A DNA stretch of 63,595 nt, the filler included, from Octopus bimaculoides (taxonomy: Eukaryota), in NCBI RefSeq assembly GCF_001194135.2. It is 5 parts of 4 records of this genome, joined end to end, with 100 filler letters (N's around TTAATTAATTAA, not from the genome) between each part and the next. Parts side by side here need not be neighbours in the genome. Positions count along the whole stretch, not along the records: positions 34,283 to 55,884 come from NC_068982.1; 4 more parts are not named here. One strand, written 5' to 3'. Below the pieces are notes generated by a model that had not been told where the DNA came from, searched no databases, and was given only the letters and a program-made list of their open reading frames with translations. Numbering within the stretch: the stretch's first letter is position 1; every line of letters begins with the position of its first letter. Shown here one piece after another: positions 36,530 to 48,066 of this stretch. The translations under genes were made by a program, and so were the position numbers.

Positions 36530-38560
36530 CTGTCTTCTATAACCCCAACGATAAATCGTACGACATGAAGATCTACCCCAAAGACTTACCCTTCAGCAAA
36601 AGGGTATGCACCCCACCACAGATTGAGTGAGACAGAAGCAAAGATTTCTTTAGCTAGACTCCGGCACATCTTAGACCGATATAACAAAACCACTAAAAAA
36701 ACATAATGAAGGGGACACCCACCAACTCAGTTCAACAGTCGCCAAAGGCCTACGAAAACTAGAACAGCGAATCAGGAAAAGGGAGTTAGTGTGCCTCCCT
36801 ACGGACAAGTCTAGCAGACTATGTCCTGGCCATGCAACAACACATCAGCAGTATGCGAGAGGTTGCACCACAGGAACATGAAAGAGTAGAAAATCTTCTC
36901 AATGTACACATGGGAATGTGGTGCAACATACTCCAACCCAGGAAACGGACTGCACAAAATTTCCAAACATTCAACAACGATGTTCTTAAGCTGTACGGGT
37001 TACGAAAGGACCATAAACCTTACGTAAGCCCTTTTATGGGCCCCCAATCCGGCCAGTTTGCGGTGCAAATATCTCCAGCAATTATAGGCTATCCTACTTC
37101 CTCTCATACGTGTTACGACTACCTACTCACAGAAATGTCCCCAGATGTCTGTGTGAGCACGGAGGACCTCCTCAGCAGAATCAGTAGTTGCAACCAAACC
37201 AACGACCTTGCAGGTTGTATAGTGGGTTGTATGGATGTAGTTTCACTCTACCCATCTAGAGATATAGATTTTACTGTGGAAAAATGCATTGAGATTATCT
37301 GTGAGAGTGAAGTAGAGTTCTGTCAACACGAGGGAACTGGGCCTCCTCCTTACACTAATCTATAACCGTAACTACCTAGACAACCACGACCTAAGTAGAT
37401 TCTGCGCTACCAGGTCACAGAAAGGAAGACCTCCCACCATCACTTCGGCAGTGAAGAAAAGCAGCACAAAGCGCTGGAGTGGCTGAACCATACCCACCCA
37501 GGACCCTGAGAACAACAATTATGTGAAAAAAATGATTGTGTATGCTATAGGAGCTGGCGTAAAGAAACCACTTTGAAGAACCACATAGTGAAGTTTGAGA
37601 GGAAATTATACATGCAGGTTCAAGATGTAGCCACAGGTGTCGGTGTGGCTGGAGATGTGGCCGGCATCTACATGACCTGGTAGGACAGGAAACTTAAACA
37701 ATCCACAACTGTATTGATTTACTGTGGGTATGTAGATGACATCAATATTCTAGTTAGGACAAACTCTAGTAAATGTAGTGAAGAAACCGAGAGGAGTATA
37801 ATGGAGAGCATCCAGCACGTAGCTAACTTGATCCACCAAAGTATCAAGGTAACTATAGATTACCCCACTAAGCACCCTAACAATAAACTCCCTGCCCTTT
37901 GGTTAGAGACTGTAAACAACAGAGGACAGTTCCTCTACTATTACATGAAGCCCATAACTTCTAAATATGTTGTCCACAAGAACTCAGCTTTGTCACACAA
38001 TACGAAAATCAACATACTGTTAAGCAGACTTAGGATAATGAATAACGTGTCCCATTTATGCGAACCCTATGAAACAAGGAAACATGTACAGAACTTCATG
38101 TTTCTCACGCAAATCTCTGGATATAACCAGAAAGATGGGATTCGTGTATACAGGAAAGCTAGGAAGATGTTTGATCGCATTATATGTAATGAAACCAGTG
38201 GTACCGCCCTAGATACTGAGGTAAAGACTGGAATAATATACAGAGAGTTTGTGACAAAGCAAACAAAGTAAACACATAGTACAAGGCTGACAAATATCAT
38301 GGAGTGATATTTGTAGAGGCCACACCTCATGGGGAACTAGCCCGTAGATTTAGGAAAGCTCTGAAGGGGACCAAACTCAACATTAAGAACGTTGAAAAGC
38401 CAAGGAGCTCCATCAGATCGCAGTTATGTAGGATGTACCCATTCGAAAATACCACATGGACTAATGAAAACTGCGTGGTTTGAAATATTAACCCTGGCAT
38501 TGTAGAACTAGAATGTAGTCTACAGCATAAAATGTATAGAGGGTGCTTATAAAGACAAGA
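36530..38560 (+). mobile_element. Degenerate Penelope-like retroelement (RT, thumb, start of GIY-YIG)
   Basis: MDVVSLYPS (about 37230), Q-x2-ATG-x2-VAG-x2-A-x2-YM (about 37620), YVDD (about 37730), MKP...VHKNSAL...K (about 37950), then CVV*...GIVELEC...YRG (38472-38545); many stops and frameshifts. Confidence 0.8.
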
Positions 38561-38574
38561 ACACGGCATATATC

Positions 38575-38962
38575 TTCTTGGGGGGACAGTGTGTCCCCAC
38601 TGATATTCGTGCTGGAAATGATCCCCTTAAGTGAAATACTACAGAAAACAAAGTTGGGGTATGATCAGGGAAGAGGTAAGGGAAAACTAAACCACTTGCG
38701 ACTCATGGACTACCTGAAGCTATTCACAGAAACTGAGGCAGAACTGGACAGCCTAGTCCAGTCTGTGCGGATTTTCTCCAATGATATTAAAATGGAGTTT
38801 GGACTCTCAAAATGTGCTACGATAGTGATGAGACGAGGACAGCTTGCCGGGACAGAAGTCATATGGTTGCCAAGTGGTGAAATGATGAAGGCAATTCAAC
38901 CTCAATCCAGCTATAAATGCCTGGGAATACTTGAGGTAGATGGAATCAAACACCACGACATT
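38575..38962 (+). mobile_element. Dong/R4-type LINE RT fragment
   Basis: GDSVSPLIFVLEMIPL...NHLRLMDYLKLF...MEFGLSKCA...YKCLGILE. Confidence 0.85.
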
Positions 38963-39110
38963 GCGATGTGATGTCTTTTAACGTCACCGCCGTTCTTTTC
39001 TTGACCTCTTTCACATCTGAAAATTCCGTAGCACCAGCTTTCGTCACCAGTAATAACCTTCGAAAATGCAAGACTCCAGGAGCACCAACAAAACCTGTGA
39101 TAAAGAGAAA
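38963..39110. mobile_element. Composite junction: inverted 100-bp mariner piece then Dong 3' end
   Basis: 38963-39062 is the reverse complement of about 50478-50577 (92/100); 39065-39115 is the reverse complement of about 50899-50948. Confidence 0.8.
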
Positions 39111-39128
39111 ATAATAATAATAATAATA

Positions 39129-39213
<85 letters not shown>

Positions 39214-39533
39214 TAGACAGAGAAAAATCCCNNNNNNNNNNNNNNNNNNNNNNNNNNNNNNNNNNNNNNNNNNNNNNNNNNNNNNNNNNNNNNNNNNNNN
39301 NNNNNNNNNNNNNNNNNNNNNNNNNNNNNNNNNNNNNNNNNNNNNNNNNNNNNNNNNNNNNNNNNNNNNNNNNNNNNNNNNNNNNNNNNNNNNNNNNNNN
39401 NNNNNNNNNNNNNNNNNNNNNNNNNNNNNNNNNNNNNNNNNNNNNNNNNNNNNNNNNNNNNNNNNNNNNNNNNNNNNNNNNNNNNNNNNNNNNNNNNNNN
39501 NNNNNNNNNNNNNNNNNNNNNNNNNNNNNNNNN

Positions 39534-39887
39534 TATGCCAATACACACAGATAGAGAAATTAAGGCAAATAGACCAGATATAGTTGTCAAAGATCAGGAA
39601 GAAAAAAATGTTTTCTAATTGATCTATCAATACCAACAGATGACAACGTTTCCCTAAAAGAAATGGAAAAACTTTCAAAATACAAAGACCTGGAAATAGA
39701 GGTAACTCGAATGTGGAATCTAAAAACAGAAACAATTCCTATCATAGTAGGTGCCTTAGGTATAATAAAAAAATATTCAGACAAATACATAACAAAAACA
39801 CCAGGACTTACAAATATATATAACATACAGAAAATTGCACTACTGGGCACTGCACACATCCTACGCAAAACACTTTCAATACTGTAA
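39534..39887 (+). mobile_element. Dong/R4-type LINE restriction-like endonuclease region
   Basis: NRPDIVVKD...LIDLSIP...EKLSKYKDLEIEVTRMW...PIIVGALG...GTAHILRK (PD..D-x-K pattern). Confidence 0.85.
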
Positions 39888-39998
39888 CCATAAGAGCATC
39901 ACAGCAAACCACAGGCTTCGGTTATTTTACCCCAGTGTTACTTTGATGGCATGCACTGCTCTCTCACTCACTCAATAATAATAATAATAATGATGATG

Positions 39999-40062
<64 letters not shown>

Positions 40063-40170
40063 TAGGAACAGCAAGGATTATCAGGAGGGTTCTAAGCACT
40101 TGAAAGACAGCTGAAAACTTGTGGATACCTCAGGTTACAGGTAGTAATCCGCTACCCACATAAATCTTAC

Positions 40171-40189
40171 CAGATTTAAGAGACTGCAC
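40171..40189 (-). CDS. Candidate 19-nt exon (VQSLKS/D)
   Basis: ttttggtttggctcag acceptor, G|gtaaga donor; phase 0-1 bridges 40366-40422 to 35615-35658. Confidence 0.3.
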
Positions 40190-40203
40190 CTGAGCCAAAC
40201 CAA

Positions 40204-40277
<74 letters not shown>

Positions 40278-40365
40278 ATATATACGTAGCTCTTTGCATG
40301 TTTGTATGATGTCTATCTAATATGTATGCATGTAAATATATGTAGATGAGTTGTTGGGAACTTAC

Positions 40366-40422
40366 ACATGCATCACTCGATGTTTCATAAGGTCGGGAGC
40401 GCGTGACTAATCGATCAGGTTT
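40366..40422 (-). CDS. Candidate 57-nt exon (KPDRLVTRSRPYETSSDAC)
   Basis: ttcacttatttcag acceptor, TGT|gtaagt donor; only one frame open; unique sequence. Confidence 0.45.
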
Positions 40423-41192
40423 CTGAAATAAGTGAACTGTTAGCTTCATTTATTTCGATCTGAAAGTTGGATTCTAACTGGTTTTTGAGGGAAGATAGGT
40501 AACGTGATCCAAATTATTATAGACTGTTAACGTGAGTCGCTGCAGGTGCATTATTAGAATGTAAAGCGTTATTCGGATCTAGGAAAACCAGCTCTATTAC
40601 GGTTATCTTTCATCTGGGAAAATCAATGAGTTCACTTCATCATAAGCGAAAATTTATCTCGACGGGGTTACTTTTCTTATATCCTAGTAGTGCACGACAC
40701 TCTAATATATATTGCAGTGAATTTCCATCACCTGGATTGTACGTTGGAAATTAAGCTTACGAATGACGACCAAAAAAAGATTCATCTTTCAGACCGAGAG
40801 CAACTTAAGCTTTACTTAATTCAGACATCTGTTCAAGTTGATACATGCACTCGTACACATAAAACTCCGAATATAACCGCACAAGCTACTAACTGTTCAA
40901 CTGCAAATATGAACGCTACATAATGTACTACACTCACATACGCGCATCACACACATATTTACACTACACACAAACACAGGTTTATTTTAACGATCAATAC
41001 AGGTTACATAATCAAAGTTTCGGGTAAGTCTGAGAAGACTACGATCGTCAGATATTCCTGTGAGTCTGAGTGGTCATTCCAAAAAAAAAAAAAAAAAAAG
41101 AAACAAATGGTTGCATAGGAATTGGATCTTAAGCACAGAGCCTTTCGGAAAATAAACATAAAATTAATATTTCTTCTTATTTATAGGGTATA

Positions 41193-41367
41193 CAATAATC
41201 CCTCGCTATATCGCCTTTCATCTATCGCGCACTCAGAACATCGCCGTTCACCTATCGCGGATTTTTCTGGCTAATATATGTAAATTTATATCGCGGGTTC
41301 CTGCGACCGATTCACCTATCGCGGGAGGTTTTGGAACGTAACGCCCGCGATAGTCGAAGGATTACTG
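41193..41367. mobile_element. pogo/Tigger-like MITE
   Basis: caataatccctcgctatatcgc ... gcgatagtcgaaggattactg imperfect TIRs. Confidence 0.65.
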
Positions 41368-41632
41368 GATAATACTAATGCAAGAACATTAACTTAGTTT
41401 TGAGGTCTTGTGAGTTATGTCCCCTGGCAGAAGAACCGATAAATATTAGTAAGTAGATTGCAGAATTATAAAATGGCAGAAGAGAAAGTAGCAATCGAGA
41501 AAGAAAGACCGAAAGAAAGCTATAAAGGAAATAAATAAAAGAAAAGAGAAAGAAGTAAAGAAGGGAGTAAAGGAAAAAGGAAAGAAAGGATAGAATTTGA
41601 GAAGGAAACACAACGACAGAAAGAAAGAAGGA

Positions 41633-41667
<35 letters not shown>

Positions 41668-42147
41668 CAAAAAGGAAGGACGGATAGGTGCGTGTGTGTG
41701 TGTTAGAGAAGAGAGAGAGAGGGGGAGAGAGAGGAAGAAAGAGGTGGGAAGAGAGAAGGAAGAAGAAAGAGAGGAAGAGAGAGAGGAAGTGAGAGAGAGG
41801 AAGGGAGAAAGAGAGGAAGGGAGAGAGAGAAGAGAGAGAGAGTGAGTGAGTGAGAGTGTGAGTGTGAGTGGGAGAACTGAAAGAAATGGAGGAACGAGGG
41901 TTTGAAGAAACGAAGGAGTACAAGTAGGACAGACTACGNNNNNNNNNNNNNNNNNNNNNNNNNNNNNNNNNNNNNNNNNNNNNNNNNNNNNNNNNNNNNN
42001 NNNNNNNNNNNNNNNNNNNNNNNNNNNNNNNNNNNNNNNNNNNNNNNNNNNNNNNNNNNNNNNNNNNNNNNNNNNNNNNNNNNNNNNNNNNNNNNNNNNN
42101 NNNNNNNNNNNNNNNNNNNNNNNNNNNNNNNNNNNNATATATATATA

Positions 42148-42600
42148 AAGTTTAGAATGGTAGAACAATGCACTATAGAACAAAAAGTGGACTATATACC
42201 TGTTGTAATTTGGTTAGTCCGGACTATAGATAACCAAATTACAAGAGGTATATAGTCCATTTTTTGTCCTATAGTGCATTGTTATACCATTCTAAACTTC
42301 TTATTCTTTACAAACAATACACAATGCTTCAAGCGAACTACAATACTCTCTTATATATATATATTCATATTCATATATAAACTCAATTTTCAAATTGCTG
42401 TACAATAACACCTTGCGTCTTCTCTGATGCGATAGGAACCCGAAGTTAACTGGAACGTAAATCAGCCGAAACGTTGTGCCTAGATTTGGACACTAATCCG
42501 AAAATATCGGTGTAAAATAACGATAAATCCTCATTGCAGAATTTCAGACAAGACTACCATATTTAATGGTATAAAAGATACACATTAGAAGCACCCCAAC
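42148..42600. mobile_element. Family H terminal-repeat relic with short palindrome and a degenerate hammerhead-like motif
   Basis: Arms 42148-42220 / 42221-42299; matches 19296-19430; taggaac ccgaagt t aactgg...tcagcc gaa acgt t gtgccta at 42433-42482. Confidence 0.6.
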
Positions 42601-42642
42601 TTCAGCAGCGCATACTCACGAGAACAAAGCATGTAATATAAC

Positions 42643-42689
<47 letters not shown>

Positions 42690-43923
42690 TGAAACAAAAA
42701 CAGCAAAAATAAAACAAAACAGGTTCCTGCTCCAGAGAAATAGAAAAGCTAATCGAAAGCCGAGAACGATGAAGAATCGTTGTTAACGGCCTATGCTCCA
42801 TGGGTGTGAAGAGGGTAAGTAAGCGTATTATAATAAATATGGCCTTCGAAAGAATTATTAGGCATTTCCACACAGTTTCCGTCTACCAAATTCACTCACA
42901 AGATACTAGCCAGCTCGAGGCTGTAGTAGAAGGCACTTGCTCAAGGTGCTACGCAGTGGGACCGAACCCGAAGCTAAGTGGTTGCGAAGTGAACTTGTTA
43001 ACCACACAGCCTTGCCTGTGTGGGGTCGATATAATCGACTTAATCTGTTTGTCTGTCCTTGTTTGTCCCCTCTGTGTGTAACCCCTTGTGAGTAGTAAAG
43101 AAATAACACAGCCTTGCCTGTGCCTATAATGTTTAAATAATATTCGTAAATATTGTATGAATCAAAAATCCATACACTAACAAGCATGTTACCAATGAAC
43201 CATATCAGTTATATCATTTCTCAGCTCAAGAGAATCCACTTAGGGTTACTCGACAATTATTCTTAGTTGAGGCATGACTTTCATATTCTTTATTCTAATA
43301 AGTTCGTGGTTTTGTGTCGACATAAAAACAGAAAGGACCGTTGAACCTTGGTCTAAATGTGTTACAGCATCTAGTTTCGTCATCATTGAATTTTGACCTG
43401 TCATACTTGAAAGAGCACGTTCTAGTTGTAATATCCCCACCCACTCCAACAAAACTGGTCCTGTGTCTGATAATCAAAGAAGCATTATAAATGATTGTGG
43501 AGTTAGAGCCAGGAGCCAAATTAATGCCATTGCACAATTTAATTCGAATCTACTAAACTATGACATTTTTCTTTCTATCCCAATGACACTCAAACCCAAG
43601 TAGGATATTGTTGTAATTATGATCGACAATATTCGTACAGATTACAAAATTGGTCTTATTAGTAACCAGAAAACGTCATCAACGGTAATTTGATTGTAAA
43701 ATAAATACTTGGACCATTCCAGGTTGCATCTATGTTTCTTGATACCTGCTGAAGGAAGCGACAATTCTTGAAAGCTTCAAAACATTGTTGATGACGTTCA
43801 GTCAATAACAAATGACGAAAACCTCCCATAATTCCAGTAGTACGCGTCAATATATTAAAAGACAGTTGTTCGGCAGAATCGGTAGAACATCGGACAAGAT
43901 GCTATTCGTCCGATGCTCTATCG

Positions 43924-44490
43924 CAGTGCTTCTCAAAGTGGTGGTCCACGGACCGGTGCCGGTCCGCGAACCGTCAGCTGCCGGTACGCAGCGAGTTTCC
44001 AGAAAAGAAAGAAATATTATAAAATGCTTAAGCAATATTGTATTATTTGTTTACAAAATAAATATACGGTAAAAAAAAAAAATGTCAACTTTTATTATGT
44101 TCATTATATATATTGTTTCCGGTATAAATTAATATGGTAATCTTCAAGTTTAGGGGATAAAATAAATAAATAAAAATATTCAAGGGAAGTAACTGAACGT
44201 CTTACCAGTATTCTCCGTACATCTCTGTTTATAAATAAATCACACACGTGATTTGGTTGACGTTAGGGTTAGGGTGTGATTTATTTATAAACAGCTAGAA
44301 GAAAACGGATAATACTGGTAAGTCGTTCAGTTATTTCCCTTGAATATTTTTATTTACTTTTTTTACCCCCCTAAACTTGAAGATTACCAATTAATATTAC
44401 TGAGAAATATTACCGGTCCCGAGCACATTGGAAAAAAAAAAAAAAAAAAAAAATGCCGGTACGCCACATGGGGTAGTTTGAGAAGAACTG
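43924..44490. mobile_element. hAT-type MITE with long internal palindrome
   Basis: TIR cagtgcttctcaaa / tttgagaagaactg; 8-bp TSD ctctatcg / ctctaccg; internal arms 44135-44245 and 44274-44389. Confidence 0.85.
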
Positions 44491-44586
44491 CTCTACCGGA
44501 CCTTGACGAGTGTAGGAGTCAGAACTAAAGTATATAGTTACGACCCTTTAGCTTCTGTTTCTAAAATCCGTCAATGTCAAGTTTAC

Positions 44587-44638
44587 CTGAGGTCCGTATA
44601 GCCGATTGTTCTCTTTCTCGAAATTTGAGACTTCGTGT
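44587..44638 (-). CDS. Candidate 52-nt exon (HEVSNFEKENNRLYGPQ)
   Basis: ttcttaacatag acceptor, CAG|gtaaac donor; ends phase 0, compatible with 40366-40422. Confidence 0.3.
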
Positions 44639-44864
44639 CTATGTTAAGAACTCAATATATTAATGTGAACGCGTATAATGAAACGTCATAACACATAAAA
44701 CGTCACAAAGACTCCGCAGTTTGGACTTCGATTTCTATGGAATAAGACTGACTTTTCGAAAGAGATTTTCGCAACTAAAAACCATCCAAACTCTGAAAGA
44801 TAAATTTAGCCTACACGTTCGATAAAGGTAATTAGTTTCAAATTCTACATAAATATTTCTTAAA

Positions 44865-45400
44865 TATTGTTCTATTTCGGGACGGTCATTTTCTTTTTGC
44901 CAAATAAACACACGCACTGTATATTCGTTCTTCACTTGTATATTACTGTTCTTATTTTAACTGCTGCCCATTGTCCGGAAATCTTTCGTCACACATCTGG
45001 GACCTCTTCAGTGACACATTCCGTCCTCGTGTATGCTCTTGCTCCGCTTAGTCCAGTCTGTTCTTCTATGAGGTGTATCCTTATATGCGTATGCGTTTAC
45101 GTCTGTATCTGTGTATGTGTGCGTGCGTGCGTGCGTGAGCGTACGCGTGTCTATGTGTTTCGCATGTATGCTTGTGTGTGTATACAATGGCTTGTGCCCT
45201 TTATATTGCTGTTATCATTATCGTTCTTCTTAGGTGTATTTTGACCCTCCCCTCACCTACGCTTTTTCTTCTGTTGCTGCTGCCGCTGCTGTTCAAGATT
45301 CTTACATTTGATATTGTTCATCTCTTTCTGTGTTTGTCTGTTAGTTCATGTTGTTGTTATTGTGGTTGTTGTTGTTGTTGCTGCAGCCATTTGCGAAGTT
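44865..45400 (-). mobile_element. Third copy of the 3944-5546 Penelope-type terminal repeat, best-preserved hammerhead core (44971-45017)
   Basis: Minus strand tgtca CTGAAGA g gtccc agatgt gtgac GAA agattt c cggaca. Confidence 0.65.
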
Positions 45401-45442
45401 ACTGAATGTGTTTTTGTGTGTGTGTATATATGGACTTGCTTC

Positions 45443-45694
45443 GGAGGCGCAATGGCCTATGGTTAGGGCAGCGGACTCGCAGTCATAGGATCGCGGTTTC
45501 GATTCCCAGACCGGGCGTTACAAGTGTTTATTGAGCGAAAACACCTAAAAGCTCCACGAGGCTCCGGCAGGGGATGGTGGCGAACCCTGCTGCACTCTTC
45601 CACCACAACTTTCTCTCACTCTCACTTCCTGTTTCTGTTGTGCCTGTAATTCAAAGGGTCAGCCTTGTCACACTGTGTCACGCTGAATATCCCC
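45443..45694 (+). mobile_element. tRNA-derived SINE sharing the family F 3' region
   Basis: ggaggcgcaatggcc...gtttcgattcccag head; body matches 20325-20450. Confidence 0.75.
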
Positions 45695-46099
45695 NNNNNN
45701 NNNNNNNNNNNNNNNNNNNNNNNNNNNNNNNNNNNNNNNNNNNNNNNNNNNNNNNNNNNNNNNNNNNNNNNNNNNNNNNNNNNNNNNNNNNNNNNNNNNN
45801 NNNNNNNNNNNNNNNNNNNNNNNNNNNNNNNNNNNNNNNNNNNNNNNNNNNNACATGGACTTGCTTACTATATCGTTTGTACCCGTGCCGTTCTAATAGT
45901 TTTTTTTGTTTACTTATTTATCTCTATTTCTTATATTCATCATTGGTATGTAAATGCTTGTCGCTTGTGCGTGTATTACACTGTACCTGTTCCTTACTTA
46001 AATATCTTCTATTTATTTAATCGAATTTCAGTTGCGATATTTCAAAGAAATCTTGTGACATTCAGAAATGTAACCAAATGACATATGTACGCTATATCA

Positions 46100-46695
46100 T
46101 ACTGCTTTCAAATTTTGGCACAGTCCAACAATTTCGTGGGGAGGGGATAACTCGATTGCATCGATTCCAGTGATCAATTGGTACTTGTTTTATCGGCTCC
46201 TTACCTGCCCTAAATATTGGGGGAGGAGTTAAGTCGATTACATCGACTCCAATACTCAACTGGTACTTATTTTATCGACCCCGAAAGGATGAAACGTAAA
46301 GTCGACCATGGAGGAATTTGAACTCAGAACATAAAGACGGACGAAATGCTGCTAAGCATTTTGTCCGGCATGCTAACGATTCTGCCACCTCGCTGCCTTA
46401 GTCCTGCCCTAAATATTGCAACGTATTAATTCTATGCTCTACTACTTATTTCTTTATTGCCCTCAAGGGGCTAAACATAGAGGGGACAAACAAGGACAGA
46501 CAAAAGGATTAAGTCGATTACATCGACCCCAGTGCATAACTGGTACTTTATTTATCGACCCCGAAAGGATGATAGGCAAAGTCGACCTCGGCAGAATTTA
46601 AACTCAGAACGTAACGGCAGACGAAATACCGCTAAGCATTTCGCCCGGCGTGCTAACGTTTCTGCCAGCTCGCCGCCTTATGCCAGCTCGCCGCC
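46100..46695 (-). mobile_element. Cluster of family A SINE copies
   Basis: Partial 46100-46200, copies 46205-46400 and 46445-46695 with duplicated head end. Confidence 0.8.
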
Positions 46696-47207
46696 TCTAT
46701 GCTCTACTACTAAGCCAACAAATACCAAATCAACAGCCACGGCGACTTGATAATCATATTTTTGGTTTGCAGCTGCGATAATATATACAAAAATATCAAT
46801 ACAAAAACAAACAAACAACCAAAAAAACAAGAAAAGCAATCTGACACCAGCTTTCACTTTACTGGGGGTAGTCATATGATGTCTGTTTATTTGGTACATT
46901 GACAAATGCACTATTTTTTCTTTATCAAACCCGATTAACAACAACCTTAATGGTTTCATGCAAAACAATGAATTACACCTTGGTATCACAATCATGACTC
47001 CAAATCGCTGCAGCCGACAGGTTAATTGGATTTTCATGAGACTGCTAAAACATTATCGCCAAACATTTATTGATTAGTTTTCATTAGATACACCACATTA
47101 AATTTATAAGTGATGTAAAATGGGATTTTTTGTGGCATCTGTATGCCTTTGTGAATGACAATAATGATGAGGATAATGAAATGAAGTGGTTTCTACTGAA
47201 AACTCGT

Positions 47208-47530
47208 AAAGGCGCGTGGCTTAGTGGCTAGGGTATTCAGATCACGAGCGTAAGGTCGTAATTTCGATTAGAGCTGGTACGTTGTGTCCTTGAGCAAGAT
47301 ACTTTATTTCTCGTTACCCCAGACCACTGAGTAAGCAAAAATTAGTTGTACTTGTAATTCAAAAGGTCAGCCTTGTGACATTTTGTATTACGCTGAATTT
47401 CCCTGAGAACTGCGTTAAGAGTAAGTGTTTCCCTGGAGTGCTCAGCCACTCGCACGTTAGTCTCACGTGCAGACTGTTCAGTTGACAGAATCAACTGGAA
47501 CAATCGTCATCGTAACCAACGGAGAGCGAG
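47208..47530 (+). mobile_element. Family F SINE, diverged
   Basis: Colinear with 2250-2576. Confidence 0.75.
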
Positions 47531-47906
47531 GACACTGAAAACTGAACCAAATGGCTAACTCGATTCGTCAAGAATTTAACCCTTACAGCGCTACCATCTC
47601 AACCAAAAATGCTTTAGGTTAAATTTAAAAAGTCGTTAGACCTCATGCTAATGACTATTACGACATTGGATTACCTAATGATATATTGTGAGTTCAAATC
47701 TGTCGTAGATAGTTTGTTGTGTTTTGGAGATAGAAATTTTAATTGTCCATCAGAGGAAGATATATAATGTACATCTAGTTGTCGTGAATAGTTACCAAAT
47801 TTTTAAAGAAATATTCTCTTGACTGGTCACCAAATGGTCAACTACTCTCTTTGTGAGAGGTAAGGCAAGTGATTCATTTTATTAAAATAGTATTTGTAAT
47901 GCATAG

Positions 47907-47941
<35 letters not shown>

Positions 47942-48034
47942 NNNNNNNNNNNNNNNNNNNNNNNNNNNNNNNNNNNNNNNNNNNNNNNNNNNNNNNNNNN
48001 NNNNNNNNNNNNNNNNNNNNNNNNNNNNNNNNNN

Positions 48035-48066
<32 letters not shown>

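Noticed and set aside
44263-44274. Interstitial telomere or fusion scar
   Set aside because: Only two TTAGGG units, inside a MITE.
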